64,000 nucleotides of DNA from Squalus acanthias (GCA_030390025.1 CM059432.1:59460001-59524000); one strand, 5' to 3'; positions 12,470 to 26,636 are shown, counted from the stretch's first letter. A program made the numbers and translations. The notes: generated by a model not told the origin, from the letters alone.

Positions 12470-15400
12470 GACAGACAGACAGACAAGGAGGACCAGGCAG
12501 GTAGTGCAGGAGTCCCCAGAGTGCTTCTCGCTCTCCAACCAGTATACTGGTGAGGGCGATGGTTCCTCTAGGGAGTACAGCCAGAGCCAAGTCCATGGCA
12601 CTACGGGTGGCTCAGCTGTACAGGGGCGGGGGGGGGGGAGGGGGGGGGGGGGAGAGATTGGGAAGGCAATAGTGGTACGGGATTCGATAGTTAGGGGAAC
12701 AGACAAGCGTTTCTGCGGCCGCAGACGTGATTCCAGGATGGTATGTTGCCTCCCTGGTGCCAGGGTCAAAGATGTCACTGAGCGGCTGCAGAACATTCTG
12801 AGGGGGTTGAGTGTGAATAGCCAGAGGTCGTGGTCCATATTGGTACCAACGACATAGGTAGAAAAAGGGATGAGGTCCTGCAGGCAGATTTTAGGGAGCT
12901 AGGAAAGAGATTAAAAAGCAGGACCTCAAAGGTAGTAACTCTGGATTACTCCCTGTGCCACAAGCAAGTGAGTATAGAAATAGGAGGATAGAGCAGATGA
13001 ATGCGTGACTGGAGAGATGGTGCAGGAGGGAGGGCTTCAGATTCCTGGGACATTGGGACCGGTTCTGGGGGAGGTGGGACCTGTACAAGCCGGACGGGTT
13101 GCACCTCAACAGAGCCAGAACTAATGTCCTCATGAGAGGGGGGGGTTGCTAGTGCTGTTGGGAGGGTTTAAGCTCATTTGGCAGGGGGATGGGCACCAGG
13201 ATGTAGCATTAGAAAGGAGAAACAAAGTGCACAAAGGATAGGGAGAGACAGATAGCACCAGAGTAAGAAATAGTAATGTATTAGATGGGGTCAGATTAAG
13301 AGAGAATACAGGAAGGTCTAAGACAGGTTTACAGTGCATGTGTGTAAATACACGAAGCATGGCAAATAAGGTTGGTGAGCTGCAGGCGCAAATAGCCAAA
13401 TGGGAATATGATGTCGTGGTGATAACGGAGACCTGGCTCAAAAAAGGGCAGGACTGTGTTTTAAACATTCCTGGATATAAGGTGTTCAGGAAAGACAGGG
13501 AAGGAAAGAAAGGAGGTGGGGTGGCAGTATTGGTTAAGGAGAATGTTACAGTGCTGGAGAGAGAGGATGTCCTGGAGGGGTCAAGGACAGAATCTATTTG
13601 GTTAGAGTTAAGAAATAATAGAGGTGCCATTACACTACTAGGTGTATTCTATAGGCCACCAACTAGTGGGAAAGATATAGAGGACCAAATTTGCAGGGAA
13701 ATTACAGAGAGGTGCAAGAACTATAGAGTAGTAATAATGGGGGACTTGAATTATCCTAATATAGACTGGGATACTAACAGTGTAAAGGGCAGAGATGGGG
13801 AAGAATTTCTGAAGTGTGTTCAGGAGAACTTTCTTGATCAGTACGTTTCTGGTCCAACGAGGAAGGAGGCATTGCTGGATCTGGTTCTGGGGAATGAGGT
13901 GGGTCAAGTGGAGCAAGTGTCAGTAGGGGAACATTTAAGGGAACAGTGATCATAGTATCATAAGGTTTAGATTAGCTATGGAAAAGGACAGGGAGCAATC
14001 TAGAGTAAAAATACTTAATTGGAGGAAGGAGAATTTCAGTGGGTTGAGAATGGATCTGGCTCAGGTAAATTGGAATCAAAGATTGGCAGGTAAAACTGTA
14101 ATCGAACAATGGGCTGCCTTTAAAGAAGAGATGGTTTGGGTACAGTCAAGGTACATTCCCACGAGGGGAAAAGGTAGGGTAACTAAAGCCAGAGCTCCCT
14201 GGATGACGAAAGAGATAGAGAGTAAGATGAAACAAAAAAAGGCACATATGACAGATGTCAGGTTGAGTATACAAGTGAGAATCAGGCTGAATATAGAAAG
14301 TTCAGCGGGGAAGTGAAAAAGAAAATAAGAGGGACAAAGAGAGAGTATGAGAATAGATTGGCAGCAAACATAAAAGGGAATTCAAAAGTCTTCTATAGGC
14401 ATATAAATAATAAACGGGTAGTAAGAGGAGGGGTGAGGCCAATTAGGGGCCTAAAAGGAGACCTACACATGGAGGCAAAGGTACTAAATGAGTACTTTGC
14501 ATCTGTCTTCACCAAGGAAGAAGATGCTGCCAAAGTCATAGTGAAAGAGGAAGTAGTGGAGTTACTGGATGAGATAAAAATTGATAAAGAGGAGGTACTA
14601 GAAAGGCTGTCTGAACTTAAAGTTGATAAGTCACCAGGACCGGATGGCATGCATCCTAGGATGCTGAGAGAGGTTGAGGAGGAAATCGCGGAGGTACTGG
14701 CCATAATCTTCCAATCCTCCTTAGATACGGGGGTGGTGCCAGAGGACTGGAGAATAGCAAATGTTGCACCATTGTTGAAAAAAGGGTGTAAGGATAAACC
14801 CAGCAACTACAGGCCAGTCAGTTTAACATCGGTAGTGGGGAAGTTTTTGGAAGCGATAATCAGGGACAAAGTTAACAGTCACTTGGACAAGTGTGGATTA
14901 ATTAAGGAAAGCCAGCACGGATTTGTTAAAGGCAAATCATGTTTAACTAACTTGATCGAGTTTTTTGATGAGGGCAATGCGGTTGACGTGGTGCATATGG
15001 ACTTCCAAAAGGCGTTTGATAAAGTGCCACATAATAGGCTTACCAGTAAAGTTGAAGCCTATGGAATAAAAGGGACAGTGGCAACATGGATACGAAATTG
15101 GCTAAGTGACAGGAAACAGAAAGTAGTGGTGAATGTTTGTTTATCGGACTAGAGGAATGTATACAGTGGTGTTCCCCAGGGGTTGGTACTAGGACCACTG
15201 CTTTTCTTGATATATATTAATGATTTGGACTTGGGAGTACAGGGCACAATTTCAAAATTTGCAGAAGACACAAAACTTGTAGGTATAGTGAACAGTGAGG
15301 AGGATAATGATAGACTTCAAGAAGACATAGACAGGCTGGTGAAATGGGCGGACACGTGGCAGATGAAATTTAACACAGAAAAGTGCGAAGTGATACATTT

Positions 15401-16866
15401 TGGTAGGAAGAACGAGGAGAGGCAATATAAACTAAAGGGTACAATCCTAAAGGGGGTGCATAAACAGAGACACCTGGGGGTATATGTGCACAAATCATTG
15501 AAGGTGGCAGGGCAGGTTGAGAAAGTGGTTAAAAAAAGCATACGGGATCCCGGGCTTCATAAATAGAGGCATAGAGTACAAAAGCAAGGAAGTTATAATG
15601 AACCTGTATAAAACACTGGTTCGGCCTCAACTGGAGTATTGTGTCCAATTCTGGGCACCGCACTTTAGGAATGTTGTGAAGGCCTTAGAGAGGGTGCAGA
15701 AAAGATTTACAAGAATGATTCCAGGGATGAGGGATAGACCAGAGAAGCTGGGGTTGTTCTCCTTGGAGCAGAGAAGATTGAGAGGAGATTTGATAGAGGT
15801 ATTCAAAATCATGAGGGGTTTAGACAGAGTAGATAGAGACAAACTGTTCCCACTGGCAGAAGGGTCAAGAACCAGAGGACACAGATTCAAGGGCCGCGAT
15901 TTTATCAGCACTGAGAGGGCGGGTTTGGAGGCGGGTCAAAGGTTAAAATAGTTTTGATTGACGGCGGGGTCTGATCCCACCGTCAACCCGCCTCCAAACA
16001 ATTTTCCCAAGTGTCGGGTCCCCGATTTGCGCATAGACCCGACACCTAGCGGCGGGAAGAAGATTAAAGCCAATTACCTGCCTGTTAACAGGTAGTTGAG
16101 AGTAGTTGACAGGCTATTTTTTAATTTTGCCGCTTCTGCCTCGGGCCTCCCGACGTCCGGACACCACGCCAGGTAAGTGTGGCGTGTTGTGAGTCTGCTG
16201 TAATGTTTCTGCATTGATGACAGCTACAGAAGTGGTGTGAAGGATCCAATAGTGCACTGGTGAGTCTGAGGTAAGAAAATGTTGGGAAATGCATTTTTAA
16301 TGCATTTACACATTTCTTTAGGTAACAAGTTTTGAAAACAATGTCTAGTGCCCTCATTGGGAGAACCTCTCTCACCAGTGACAGATCACTTCTGTCACCT
16401 CACCTGCAGCTGCCATCTGTTCCAGCCTATGGAGAGAGTCATTGGAGAGCCTGGGTGCAAGAGTTCACCTTTGTACAGTGATTGTCAGTGTTTGCAGCAC
16501 CTCAATGCTGTCAAACACTGAGAAAGGAGCAGTCAAAAAAAAATTGTGTGTGGTCCCTTTAAGAAAACCGGCAGATGACGTGTTACCAAATGACGTCATC
16601 TGACCGGCTTCCTCTTAATGGGCCGGCAAGCCCGCAGGATGGGCTTAACAAGGTCAATCAACGTAAAATCACGTCATTGGGCCAGATGCAGTTGGGGGCA
16701 GGACGGGAAGCCGGAAACCACCTGACCCGCTGCCAACCCACATCCATTGACAAAATCGCAGCCAAGGTGATTGGCAAATGAACCAAAGGCGACATGAGGA
16801 AAAACAGGCACGGGTTCAACGAGCTGAATGACCTCCTTCTGTGCTATAACCAATCTACGATTCTAT
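12470..16866 (+). mobile_element. Near full-length decayed CR1 LINE (ORF1 SGNH esterase; ORF2 APE endonuclease and RT)
   Basis: ORF1: [77 protein letters not shown]. Several frameshifts; interrupted by a MITE at 15892-16763. Confidence 0.95.
15892..16763. mobile_element. Harbinger-type MITE inserted in the CR1 3' region
   Basis: TIRs ggccgcgatttt and aaaatcgcagcc; TSD AAG; removing it restores the CR1 sequence acagattcaaggtgattggc. Confidence 0.88.
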
Positions 16867-16869
16867 CAT

Positions 16870-17168
16870 GCCATTAAAAATTTACTTACACTGGAATGGA
16901 CCAGCCCTAACTTTTCCTGCGTGTTTAGTGGGTATCTATCACGCAAGTACCGCAACTTCACGCCCTTCCATGTATTTGAATGCCGAGTCTTTCGGTGAGA
17001 TATTGTTAGAGCGAAGCTTCTGGAGGAGCAGGGCAACTCCGACAGCAACTTCCTGATTTGTGCGTTTAACTGCACATGTGCAGTCGCCGGAAGTTGCTGT
17101 CCAATTTACTTTTTAATAACAGTGAGTGCTGATAGCCTCGCTGCTGTTTATACAGAAAAATACAGGCC
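16870..17168 (-). mobile_element. Partial inverted copy of the 9178/52417 MITE family
   Basis: Reverse complement of 9178-9470 (gctatcagcRctcactgt, tagatacccactaaacacgc); ends ggcc. Confidence 0.75.
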
Positions 17169-17427
17169 AATGTCAACGAATTATAAAGGTTATCCTTTAT
17201 AACCGGAAATGTTTTCTTCTCTCAGAAACATGCCAAGTTCCCTTTCAAAGGAATGTATCGACTCCATATTGCCCACAGTTTCAGCAGTTTGTTTCAGACT
17301 CTGCAAAAAGAAATACTTCCTGGCATCTAACCTAACTCCTTACCTAGAGATTTTATAGACATGACCTCTAGTTCTTCCATCCCTATCCATTTAAAATAAC
17401 TTAACTACCACCATCCTTAACTTAACT

Positions 17428-17853
17428 ACCCCATCCACCACCTTAAATATTCACTCCCTCTACCACTGGCGCACCGTGGCTGCAGTGTGCACCATCTACA
17501 AGATGCACTGCAGCAACTTGCCAATGCTTCTTCGACAGCACCTCTCAAACCCGCGACCTCTACCACCTAGAAGGACAAGGGCAGCAGGCGCATGGGAACA
17601 CCATCACCTGCAAGTTCCCCTCCAAGTTACACACCATCCTGACTTGGAAATATATCACCGTTCCTTCATCGTCGCTGGGTCAAAATCCTGGAACTCCCTC
17701 CCTAACAGCACTGTGGAAGTACTTTCACAACACGGACTGCAGCAGTTCAAGAAGGCGGCTCACCACCACCACCGTCTCAAGGGCAATTAGGGATGGGCAT
17801 TAAATGCTGGCCTTGCCAGCAATGCCCACATCCCAGGAACGAATACAAAAAAA
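17428..17853 (+). mobile_element. 3' fragment of CR1-group LINE family B
   Basis: AAVCTIYKMHCSN peptide and gcccacatccca-polyA tail, as in 4903-6080. Confidence 0.88.
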
Positions 17854-17869
17854 CTAAGGGTACTGCACC

Positions 17870-19038
17870 CAATCCCCTAATCATTTTAAAAACTTCAATC
17901 ATATCTCCTCTTGGCCTGCATTTCTCCAAGGCAAATAACCTAATTCTTGATGCCTAACCTTATAGAGAAGAGCTCTAAAGTTAGACATCATCCTGGTCAC
18001 CCTCACCTTAATATCCTTCATCAAGTGTGGGACCAAAACTGGGCACAATAATCTATGCAGATATACCAGAGCCTTATATAACTTTAGTATAGTCACTCTT
18101 CCTTTCATACTTTAGTCCCAGCAATACAACTTAAAACTCTACTTGCCTTCCCTGTAGCCATCTCACACAGCTTGTACACCGTTAATGGGGGATCAACCAT
18201 TACCCCAGATCTCCTGCTTCATCCATTACTTTTAACCCCAAGTGCATGGTACAGACATGCCTTGTATTTCCGAAAACCAAGTGCACAATACTGCACTTAG
18301 AATCATACAGCATAGAAAGAGGCCATTCGGACCATCGTGTTTGCGCCGGATCTTTGAAAGAGCTCTCCAATTAGTCCCACTCTACTGTTCTTTTCCCATA
18401 GCCCTGTGAATTTTTCCTTTTCAAGTATATATTCAATTCACTTTTGAAAGTTACTATTGAATCTGCTTCTACTGCCCTTTCAGGCAGTGCATTCTTGATC
18501 ATAACAACTCGCTCCATAAAAAAATTCTCCTTATCTCCCCTTTGGCTCTTTTGCCGATTACCTTGAATCTGTATCCTCCAGTTACCGACCCTCCTGCCAG
18601 TGAAAACAGTTTCTCCATATTTACTCAAAACCCTTCAGAATTTTGAACACCTATATTAAATTTCCGCTTAACCTTCTCAGTTCGAAGGAGAACAATCCCA
18701 ATTTCTCTAGTCTTTCACATAACTGAAGTTTTTCATCCCTGGTACCATTCTAGTAAATCTCCTCTGCACCCTCTCTAAGACCTTGACATCTTTCCTAAAG
18801 TGTGGTGCCCACAATTGGGCACAATACTCCAGCTGAGGCTTAACCAGTTATTTATGAAGGTTTAGTATTACTTCCATGCTTTTATACTGTATGCCTCTAT
18901 TTATAAAGTCCAGAATCCAGTATATGTTTTTTTAACTTCCTTATCAACTTATCCTGCCACCTTCAAAGATTTGTGTATGTGAACTCTTGGGTCTCTCTTA
19001 TCCTGCACCCCCTTTAAAATTGTACCATTTAGTTTATA
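17870..19038 (-). mobile_element. Two CR1 3' fragments (an old one at 17870-18298 and a younger one at 18299-19038 that continues at ~20980-21225)
   Basis: Minus-strand LYKALV and [14 protein letters not shown] CR1 ORF2 C-terminus; tail tagaatcatacagcatag. Confidence 0.8.
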
Positions 19039-19039
19039 T

Positions 19040-20980
19040 TGCACCTTGGTCTGTCCCCCTACTCCTCTGGCACTTTCTCCTCCTTTGAGCATTTCACCTG
19101 GTTCCACCACTCTTACCTCTCATTTAAAATTCTCGTTCTCTACCGCTCACCCAAGTACCATAAAAATGTTATCACGAGATATCTTCACTGCTTTCCTCCC
19201 TCAGCCTCTGCACCAAGCGACTTCTCATCCTCGGTGATTTCAACCAGCATCTCAATTTATCATGCTCTCTCTCCTCTGAGTTCTCTACCCTCTTATCCTC
19301 ATTTAATCTCTCCCTCCATGTAAACTCCCTAACCCATATTGACGACCACCCCCTTGATCTTGACATCTCTTGTGGCCTTGTACTCCCATCGTTTCAATCA
19401 CAGATAAGGCCATCTCTGACCACTTCCTTGTACCGCTCTCCACTCACACTCACACTCACACCCCCCTTCCCCGCTCCCCCCCCCCCCCCCACAACCCTAC
19501 TTCCTTCTGTGTCCGCCCCTGGAAAAAACTCTCTCCCAACTTACTTATGAAATCCCAACTGTCCAGCCTTTGGCCCTCCATTCACCACGACATTTTTGCA
19601 GCTACCGATCTGCTCAACCACACCCTCACCACCACCTCTGATGCCCTAGTCCTTATTAAAACCATTACTCTCTCTCACTCGTTCCCCTTGGTACGGCCCT
19701 CATCTTCGCTCCCTTAAGTCCAAGGGATGCAGACTTGAACGGATATGGCGGACAACTGGTTTAGCCATTCAACGCAAGAGCTGGCTGGACCACATAAAGC
19801 ATTATCAGGCCCTGCTCTCATCTGCCAAAACTGCTCACTATTCCAGGATCATTCTGGAATGCAAAGACAACCCCCAGCTTCTTTTCTCTACTGCAAACCG
19901 TCTTCTTAAACCCCTCTCTCCTGTCTCCTCCATCCTCACCTACAACAACATGTGCGAGAAACTCATGGACATCTTTGCCTCTAAGGCTGACACTCCAGTG
20001 CAGTAGTGAGGGAGAGCTGCACTGTCAGAGATGCTGTCTTTCGGATGAGACGTTAAACCAAGGCCCCGTCTGCCCTCAGGTGGACGTAAAAGATCCCATG
20101 GCACTATTTCGAAGAAGAGTAGGGGAGTTATCCCCGGTGTCCTGGCCAATACTTACCCCTCAATCAACATAACAAAAAAACAGATTATCTGGTCATTAGC
20201 ACATTACTGTTTGTGGGAGCTTGTTGAGCACAAACTGGCTGCCGCGTTTCCCACATTACAACAATGACTACACTTCAAAAAGTACTTCTTTGGCTGTAAA
20301 GCGCTTTGGGATGTCCGGTGGTTGTGAAAGGCGCTATATAAATGCAAGTCTTTCTTTCTTTCTAAGATTGAGACCATTCGATCAGCTGCCTCTGCCACTT
20401 CCCTTCCTTCCCCTTGCCCACTGGGCCAAACTTCCTCTAAGGTTCCCCCCTCCCTAGCCCTGAACTCGCATCTTTCTCCAGTTTCTCTCCAATCTCCCCA
20501 TATGACCCCTCTGCACTCATCTTGTCCATGAGACCCACTTCCTGCTCCCTTGACCCTATTCCCACTAAACTGCTGACCACCCAACTTCCTTTCCAGGTTC
20601 CTATGTTAGCTGATATTGTTAACGGTTATCTCTCCTCAGGTACTGTCCCCCTCTCCTTCAAATCTGCCGTCATCACCTCTCTCCTCAAAAAAATACTTGC
20701 AAACTACCACCTCATCTCCAACCTCCCTTTCCTCTCCAAAGTCCTTGAACTTGTTGTCACCTCCCAAATCCGTGCCCATCTTTCCTGGAACTCCATGTTT
20801 AATCCCTCCAATCAGGTTTCCACCCTTGCCCTGAAACGGCTCTCATCAAAATCACAAATGACACCCTATGTGACTGTGACAAAGGTAAACTATCCCTCTT
20901 CGTCCTTCTCGACCTGTCTGCAGCCTTTGACACGGTTGATCACTCCAACCTCCTCCAACGCCTCTCCACCGTCGTCCAGT
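19040..20980 (+). mobile_element. L2 LINE ORF2 fragment containing a SINE
   Basis: LYRSPK and SDHFLV (APE), SCSLDPIPTKLL and ISNLPFLSKVLE (RT N-terminal), and [15 protein letters not shown] sequence near 20910. Confidence 0.85.
19986..20361 (+). mobile_element. Deu-type SINE (5'-truncated) inside L2
   Basis: Core gatgagacgttaaacc...aaagatcccatggcact; tail ggcgctatataaatgcaagt(cttt)n; TSD tctaag on both sides. Confidence 0.8.
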
Positions 20981-21624
20981 TGTATACTTCCCACCAGTCT
21001 AAAAAACAATCAGTCACCACTACTCTCTGCTTTCTGTCTCTTACTCAATTTCATATCCATGCTGCCATTGTTCCTTTAATCCCAAGGGGCTTCAATTTTG
21101 CTAACAAGTCTATTAAGTGGCACTTTATCAGGCGCCTTTTGAAAGTCCATGTACATACCACCAACTGCACTACCTTCATCAACCCTCTCGTTACTTCATT
21201 AAAGTTTTCCACATTAAGTGACATCTGCCATACATAGGCCAATTGTTGATGTCAGACAGGCATTCAGACAGCACGGACATCATGCAATACCTTTTACTCC
21301 GGTTACTTTCTCTAAGGACACCCCTATTTAGCTATTTCAGTTTCACTTTATTTTGACACCCACTTCATCCTTAAGGATATACAAGGCTTCCTTGTCCTTC
21401 AGCATTGATTTAAAAATAATCAATTTTTCTTCTGTATCACAGTTATTATTACCCAACAGCATACCCCAATGTACCTTTCCCAAACGGTTTCTCATAATTG
21501 AAAATTTAGCTCACTGAAATTAGGTACCAAGATAAATTTTCAACAATACTAAGTCACCTCAACAACTAAAATCTAATAATACATTGACTATTGCCCAGGT
21601 GCTCTCCCACAGTTATCAAATATC

Positions 21625-21815
21625 AGGGTAATTTTACGATTCTGCATTGCTAGCAAGGCGCTTAGTCCACCAGCAGCTCATATCAGAAATTTGGATGTAT
21701 GCTGCCATTGATTTTGTAACTGGTTGGAAAATGTGAGCAGCATGTATCTGAATTTCCAATATTTACTGAAGGGCAAGGCTCCCCATTGGTAGCATGCACT
21801 CCTAAATTTACCTCT
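21625..21815. mobile_element. Old foldback (hairpin) MITE
   Basis: Imperfect inverted arms: ggtaatttta/taaatttacc at the ends, and atatcagaaatttggatgtatgctgc versus gcagcatgtatctgaatttccaatat inside. Confidence 0.6.
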
Positions 21816-21865
21816 ATTATTCTAGATCTCTATGAAGTACTAATAAATGATGCTCTTTGGTACTC

Positions 21866-22950
21866 ACAGAATCATAGAAACTTACAGCACAGAAGGAGGC
21901 CATTCGGCCTGTCATGCATGTGCTGAATCTTTGGAAGAGCAGTCGTGCTTAGTCCCACATTCCTGCTTTTTGTCCGTAACCATGTTAAGTTCCTCATCCT
22001 CAAGTACCTGTCCAACTCCCTTTTAAAATTATTTATGGAATCAGCTTCCACCACCTTTTCAGGTAAAGAGTTCCAGATTCCGACAAATCTCCAAGTGAAA
22101 ACATTTCTCGTCGTCTCCCCTCTAGATCTTTTGCCAATGACTTTTAAATCTATGACCTCTGGTTATTGATCCACTCGCCTGAGGGAATAGTTTTTCTCTG
22201 TCTACTCTATCAAAACCTCTCATCATCTTGAAAACCACTATTAGGTCACCTCTTAACCTTCTCTGTTCCAAGCAGAACAGTCCTAACTTTTCCAACCTCT
22301 CCTCATAACTGAAGTCCCTCGTCCCTGCTAACATCCTGGTAAACCTCCTCTGTACCCTTTCTAAGGCCTTTACATCTGTCCTGAGGAGTGGTGCCCAGAA
22401 TTGTCCACAATACTCCAGCAGAGGCCTAACCAGTGATTTATAAAGTTCTAGCATGATCTCCTTGCTTTAAGATTCTATTCCTCTATTTATAATCCCAAGT
22501 AATCCATATGCTTTTTTAACACCTTATCAACTTGCCCTGCCACTTTTAAGGATTTACGTATACGGACACAAAGGTCTCCCTGCTCACCTATACTTTTCAA
22601 AATCGTACCATTTATAGTCTACTGTCTTTCCTTATTAGTCCTTCCAAAGTGCATCACTTCACACTTCTCCGCATTGAAGTCCATCTGCCATGCTTCTGCC
22701 CATTTCTGCCCTGTCTGTCACCCTGAAACCTATAATTACCCTCGTCACTATCTACTACTTTGTCAAGTTTCGTATCATCTGCAAACTTTATAACGCGGTT
22801 CCCTACAACAGAGTCTAGGTCATTTATAAAAATTGAAAAGAGTAATGAACCCAAAACTGACCCTTTGGGAACACCAATGCAAACCACCTCTCAGTCTGAA
22901 AAGCATCCATCCTCCGCCACCCTTTGCTTCCTGTCACAGAGCCAATTTTG
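21866..22950 (-). mobile_element. 5'-truncated CR1 LINE
   Basis: [17 protein letters not shown] and LYKSLVRPLLEYCGQFWAP peptides; 3' tail at 21866. Confidence 0.9.
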
Positions 22951-23001
22951 ATCTGAACTCTGTATATTCAATAGGAGCTGTGTCTTTCACATAGAATCAT
23001 A

Positions 23002-25169
23002 GGGCTAAAAATTCATGGCCCCCAAGAGCGTTGCCTGTGTCACCGTGGCCTCAGGTTAACAACCGCTGAAAATGGACGAAGCGGTACGAGAGAAAAATTC
23101 GCGCTGGGGGGTAAAAGCCCATCGCTAACTTACCGTGTAACGTCCTCCTGGTGGCGTTAGTGTAAGCATTGGAGGCGAAGTTGCAGCTCAGAAGCAGCGT
23201 TCCAGCTTCCAACAGCCTCTGGAAGCGAGGCAATAGAATTTGCTAGGCATTGTGGGGAATTAAAAAGGCCATGCCTTCTGAACTGATACAAATAAAATGA
23301 AATTTAAAAAAGCAGTTTTCAGCCCTTACTGCATTTAAAAAAAATTAACATTAAAAAGAAGTCCCAAATGAGAGTCTTCAGCTCTAAAAGCTGAATTCCC
23401 TTCTGCACCTCAAAAAATGGGAAAAGTGCTTCAGCACTAACACAAATGCTCAGCAAGCCAGTGAAAGGGCACCCAGGGTCTCGCACGCAGCACTCCAGCT
23501 TTGTGCAGGGGGGGTCAACACTGCAAGAGAGGCTCTCTACCCACAGGGGTCAGGAGGCCCTCCAGAAAGAACAATGTGGGACCACATCACGAGGCCATCA
23601 CTGCCAGACTGTCTCCCCAACCACCTGGCTCCAGTGCCCAAAGAAGCTTCGTAACCTCAGAATACTGGTCAAGGTCAGTGAATGCATTTTCAAAAGCCAT
23701 CTCCTACCAACTGCATCACTAGCCTCACACACTTCTCAATGCACGACTCCCTCCCCCCTCCAATTACTCACCTACCAGTAATCTGTACCAATCACGAGGC
23801 ACATCTCCCATTCCTAGTCTCACCTCACCCCCTTAAAAGAGATGGTGCTGGCCATTCTTGGCAGTGGCATGGCTGAGCCTTTGGCCAGCGGTGGGGCAGA
23901 AAGGATACAAGATGTTGGTATACTCATACGTTATCCTCTTTCTCGCATCACCTCTTGCTTTCCCGCCCTCCCCTCACCACAACTCCACCCTTGTGCCTTC
24001 CTCATTTTACACACCCAAGAAATGCAGCCTGCCTAGCCAGTGGTTGACCAAGAGAGGAGAGTGAAGAAGAACAGTCACTCGATTTGACACTCCCAGCCAC
24101 CAGCTCCTCAAGGTCGACCTGCAAGACTATTTTCAGTGTCCCCCACTGAAAGTCAGCAGCCTTCCACCAAACATGCTGCAGCCACTGGGGTAGCAGTGCG
24201 TGACATCAGTAGGCACACACAAGACAGTCACTAAGGGAATGCATAATGAGTTGATTTCTTGATGTCATATTGAATGGATAGATGTATAAAGTTGAATTTG
24301 AAAGTTTGCTTTGTGGTGGCTTTTATTTCAGCATCGTGGCCAAGAGGACACTGTGATGGTCAGCAACAGAGGGAAGGTAAGGTGCGGGACAAATGTTGAA
24401 AGGGGAATTGGGGTTGTGGTCACTGGGACCGCAGGCGGTTGATTCCATCCCGGATATCCCGGCCAGAAAAGGGCTGTCTGGGTTGCAGTCTTCCTCTTCT
24501 GCATCTTCCTCTTCTGTGTCTTCTTCTTCCCACTGCAAGCATATTCTGTAAATCTGAAATGACAGCATAAAATGCTGGAAATACTCAGCTGGTCAGGCAG
24601 CATCTTGACCTGAGATGTGAATTCTATTTCTCTCTCCACGGATGTTGCCTGACCTGCTGAGTATTTGCAGCATTTTCTGTCTTCTCGGAGGCCTTCCTTT
24701 ACCATCCGAGGCCTTGCAAGCATCCAGCAGCACTCCCTAAACACTTAAAAAAACTTTTAACATGTATTGTAGCAAGCCACCACTTCAACAAAAAAAAATT
24801 TAAAACCCAGTCCAAAAGCTTTAATGCAAACTTACCTGAAAGATGTTTGTGTTCATTTAAGAGCTGCTGACAGCACCTCCATCAGTCTGCTGTACACTAG
24901 GTTTAAATGGCAAGCATAGGACCCAGCGCTTAATTCAGCACAAAGATCCAGGTTCGGCAAGGTGACGTTAAGTCGGCTTGCTCGCCGACTGACGTTACCT
25001 CTCCATCATTTCAATCTGCAGGGCAATCGATGTTACCGGCAGCGCTGAGGGCCTTGGAAAATGGCGGATGCCGCGGGACACGTAACCAGCTGGCGAAAGA
25101 GCGGCGGCCACCCTCTTTACGCTATTTTTTGCCGTTAACGGGTGGCGTTAAGCCCTGAAGTTTTAGCCC
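23002..25169. mobile_element. Internally deleted PIF/Harbinger transposon
   Basis: TIRs gggctaaaaattca and tgaagttttagccc; TSD ATA. Degraded Myb exon on + (23445-23673, ending aag|gtcagt, homologous to 6631-7000). Acidic EEEDTEEEDAEEED stretch on - near 24500, interpreted as a transposase tail. Confidence 0.85.
24550..24680. mobile_element. Penelope-type inverted pseudo-LTR remnant
   Basis: aaatgctggaaatactcagctggtcaggcagcatc followed by its inverted copy gatgttgcctgacctgctgagtatttgcagcatttt; same sequence as 43330-43375. Confidence 0.75.
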
Positions 25170-25575
25170 ATAGAATCATGGAATAGTACAGTACATAAAG
25201 AGGCCATTTGGCCCATCTCAGGTCGCCTCCGGTTCTTTTGCCAATCATCTGTCCTCTGGTTATCAACCCTTCAGCCATTGGAAACAGTTTCTCTTTATTT
25301 ACTCTATCTTAACCCTTCATGATTTTAAATACTTCTATCAAATCTCCTCTTAGCCTTCGCTGCTCTAAGAAGAGCAACCCCAGCTTCTCCAGTCTATCCA
25401 CATAACTGTAATCCCTCATCCCTGGAACTATTCTAGTAAATCTGTTCTGTACCCTCTCCAAAGCCTCCAAGTTCTTCCTAAAGTGTAGTGCCCAGAATTA
25501 GACATAATACTCCAGCTGGGGTCGAACTAGCATTTTATCTAGGTTTAGCCTAACTTCCTGGCTTTTGTACTCTAT

Positions 25576-26302
25576 GGGCTGGATTTTGAATGACCCATGG
25601 AGTCGGGTTTGGAGGCGTGTGGGGGCTTAAATTTGCGGGGTCGGGGTTTCCGACCCCATCCCGCCTCCACGCAATTTTGACAAAATCAGTTGCGGGGTTC
25701 CCGACTCCGTCCCGCCTCCAAGAGGTGGGAGAGGCCATTAAAGCCCTTAACAAGCCCTAAATTGGGTCTGTAATGCTATTTTGAAACGTTGTAGCTAGTT
25801 TAACCCTTTTCTGATGTGAAGCACGCCTGGTGTGAAACACTCCAGTGAAACCTGGCGGGAGCACAAATGGATAGCTGACTATCGGCTGCAAGTCCACTAT
25901 TACAACGGAGATGTGATGAAGGTAGTAGTAGTATTAGGTCTGAAAGTCGCCTCTTGATACTGCTACATTCAATGTCATGGCATTTGGTGTAAGAGGACTT
26001 GGATGCAAAAAATTCTCTCTCTTCTCTCTCTCTCTCTCATATCCAGGTCCACTCACATCAGAAGCAATGCAGACAGTCCTCTCTCACCAGTAGCCAGACA
26101 ATCTCTGAGAGCAGGCACTCAGCAATGATGACATCATCAGAGGCGGGTTTCAGACTGAAACCACTAATTAGTTCAAGGGTTCCCACATGCTGCAACTCAA
26201 CTGCCCAATTAAGTGAAAATTGCATCAGGCATCCACATTAATCTGGAGTCGGGGGGGAAACATGAAATGCGGTTTACACGACCCCAAGACAAAATCCAGC
26301 CC
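25576..26302. mobile_element. Harbinger-type MITE in CR1
   Basis: TIRs gggctggattttg and caaaatccagccc; TSD TAT. Confidence 0.88.
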
Positions 26303-26636
26303 TATGCCTCTATTTATAAAGTCCAAGATCCCATGTGCTTTATTAACTGCTTTGTTAACCTGTCCTGCCACCTTCAAATATTTGTTCACAAACACCCCTT
26401 GGTCTCTTTCTTTTTGCACCCCCAAAATGTATCACCTCACACTTTTCTGCGTTGAATTTCATCTGCCATGTGTCTGCCCATTCCACTAGCCTGTCTATGT
26501 CCTCTTGACGCCATTACTAGCTTCCTCACTGTTTACTACACTTCCAAGTTTCGTGTCATCTGCAAATTTCGAAATTCTGTCCTGTACCCCCAAGTCGAAG
26601 TCATGAATGTATATCAAAAACAGCAGTGGTCTTAGT

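Noticed and set aside
14393..14806. Long antisense ORFs over CR1 ORF2 (also 46908-47312 and others)
   Set aside because: Shadow frames of LINE coding sequence.
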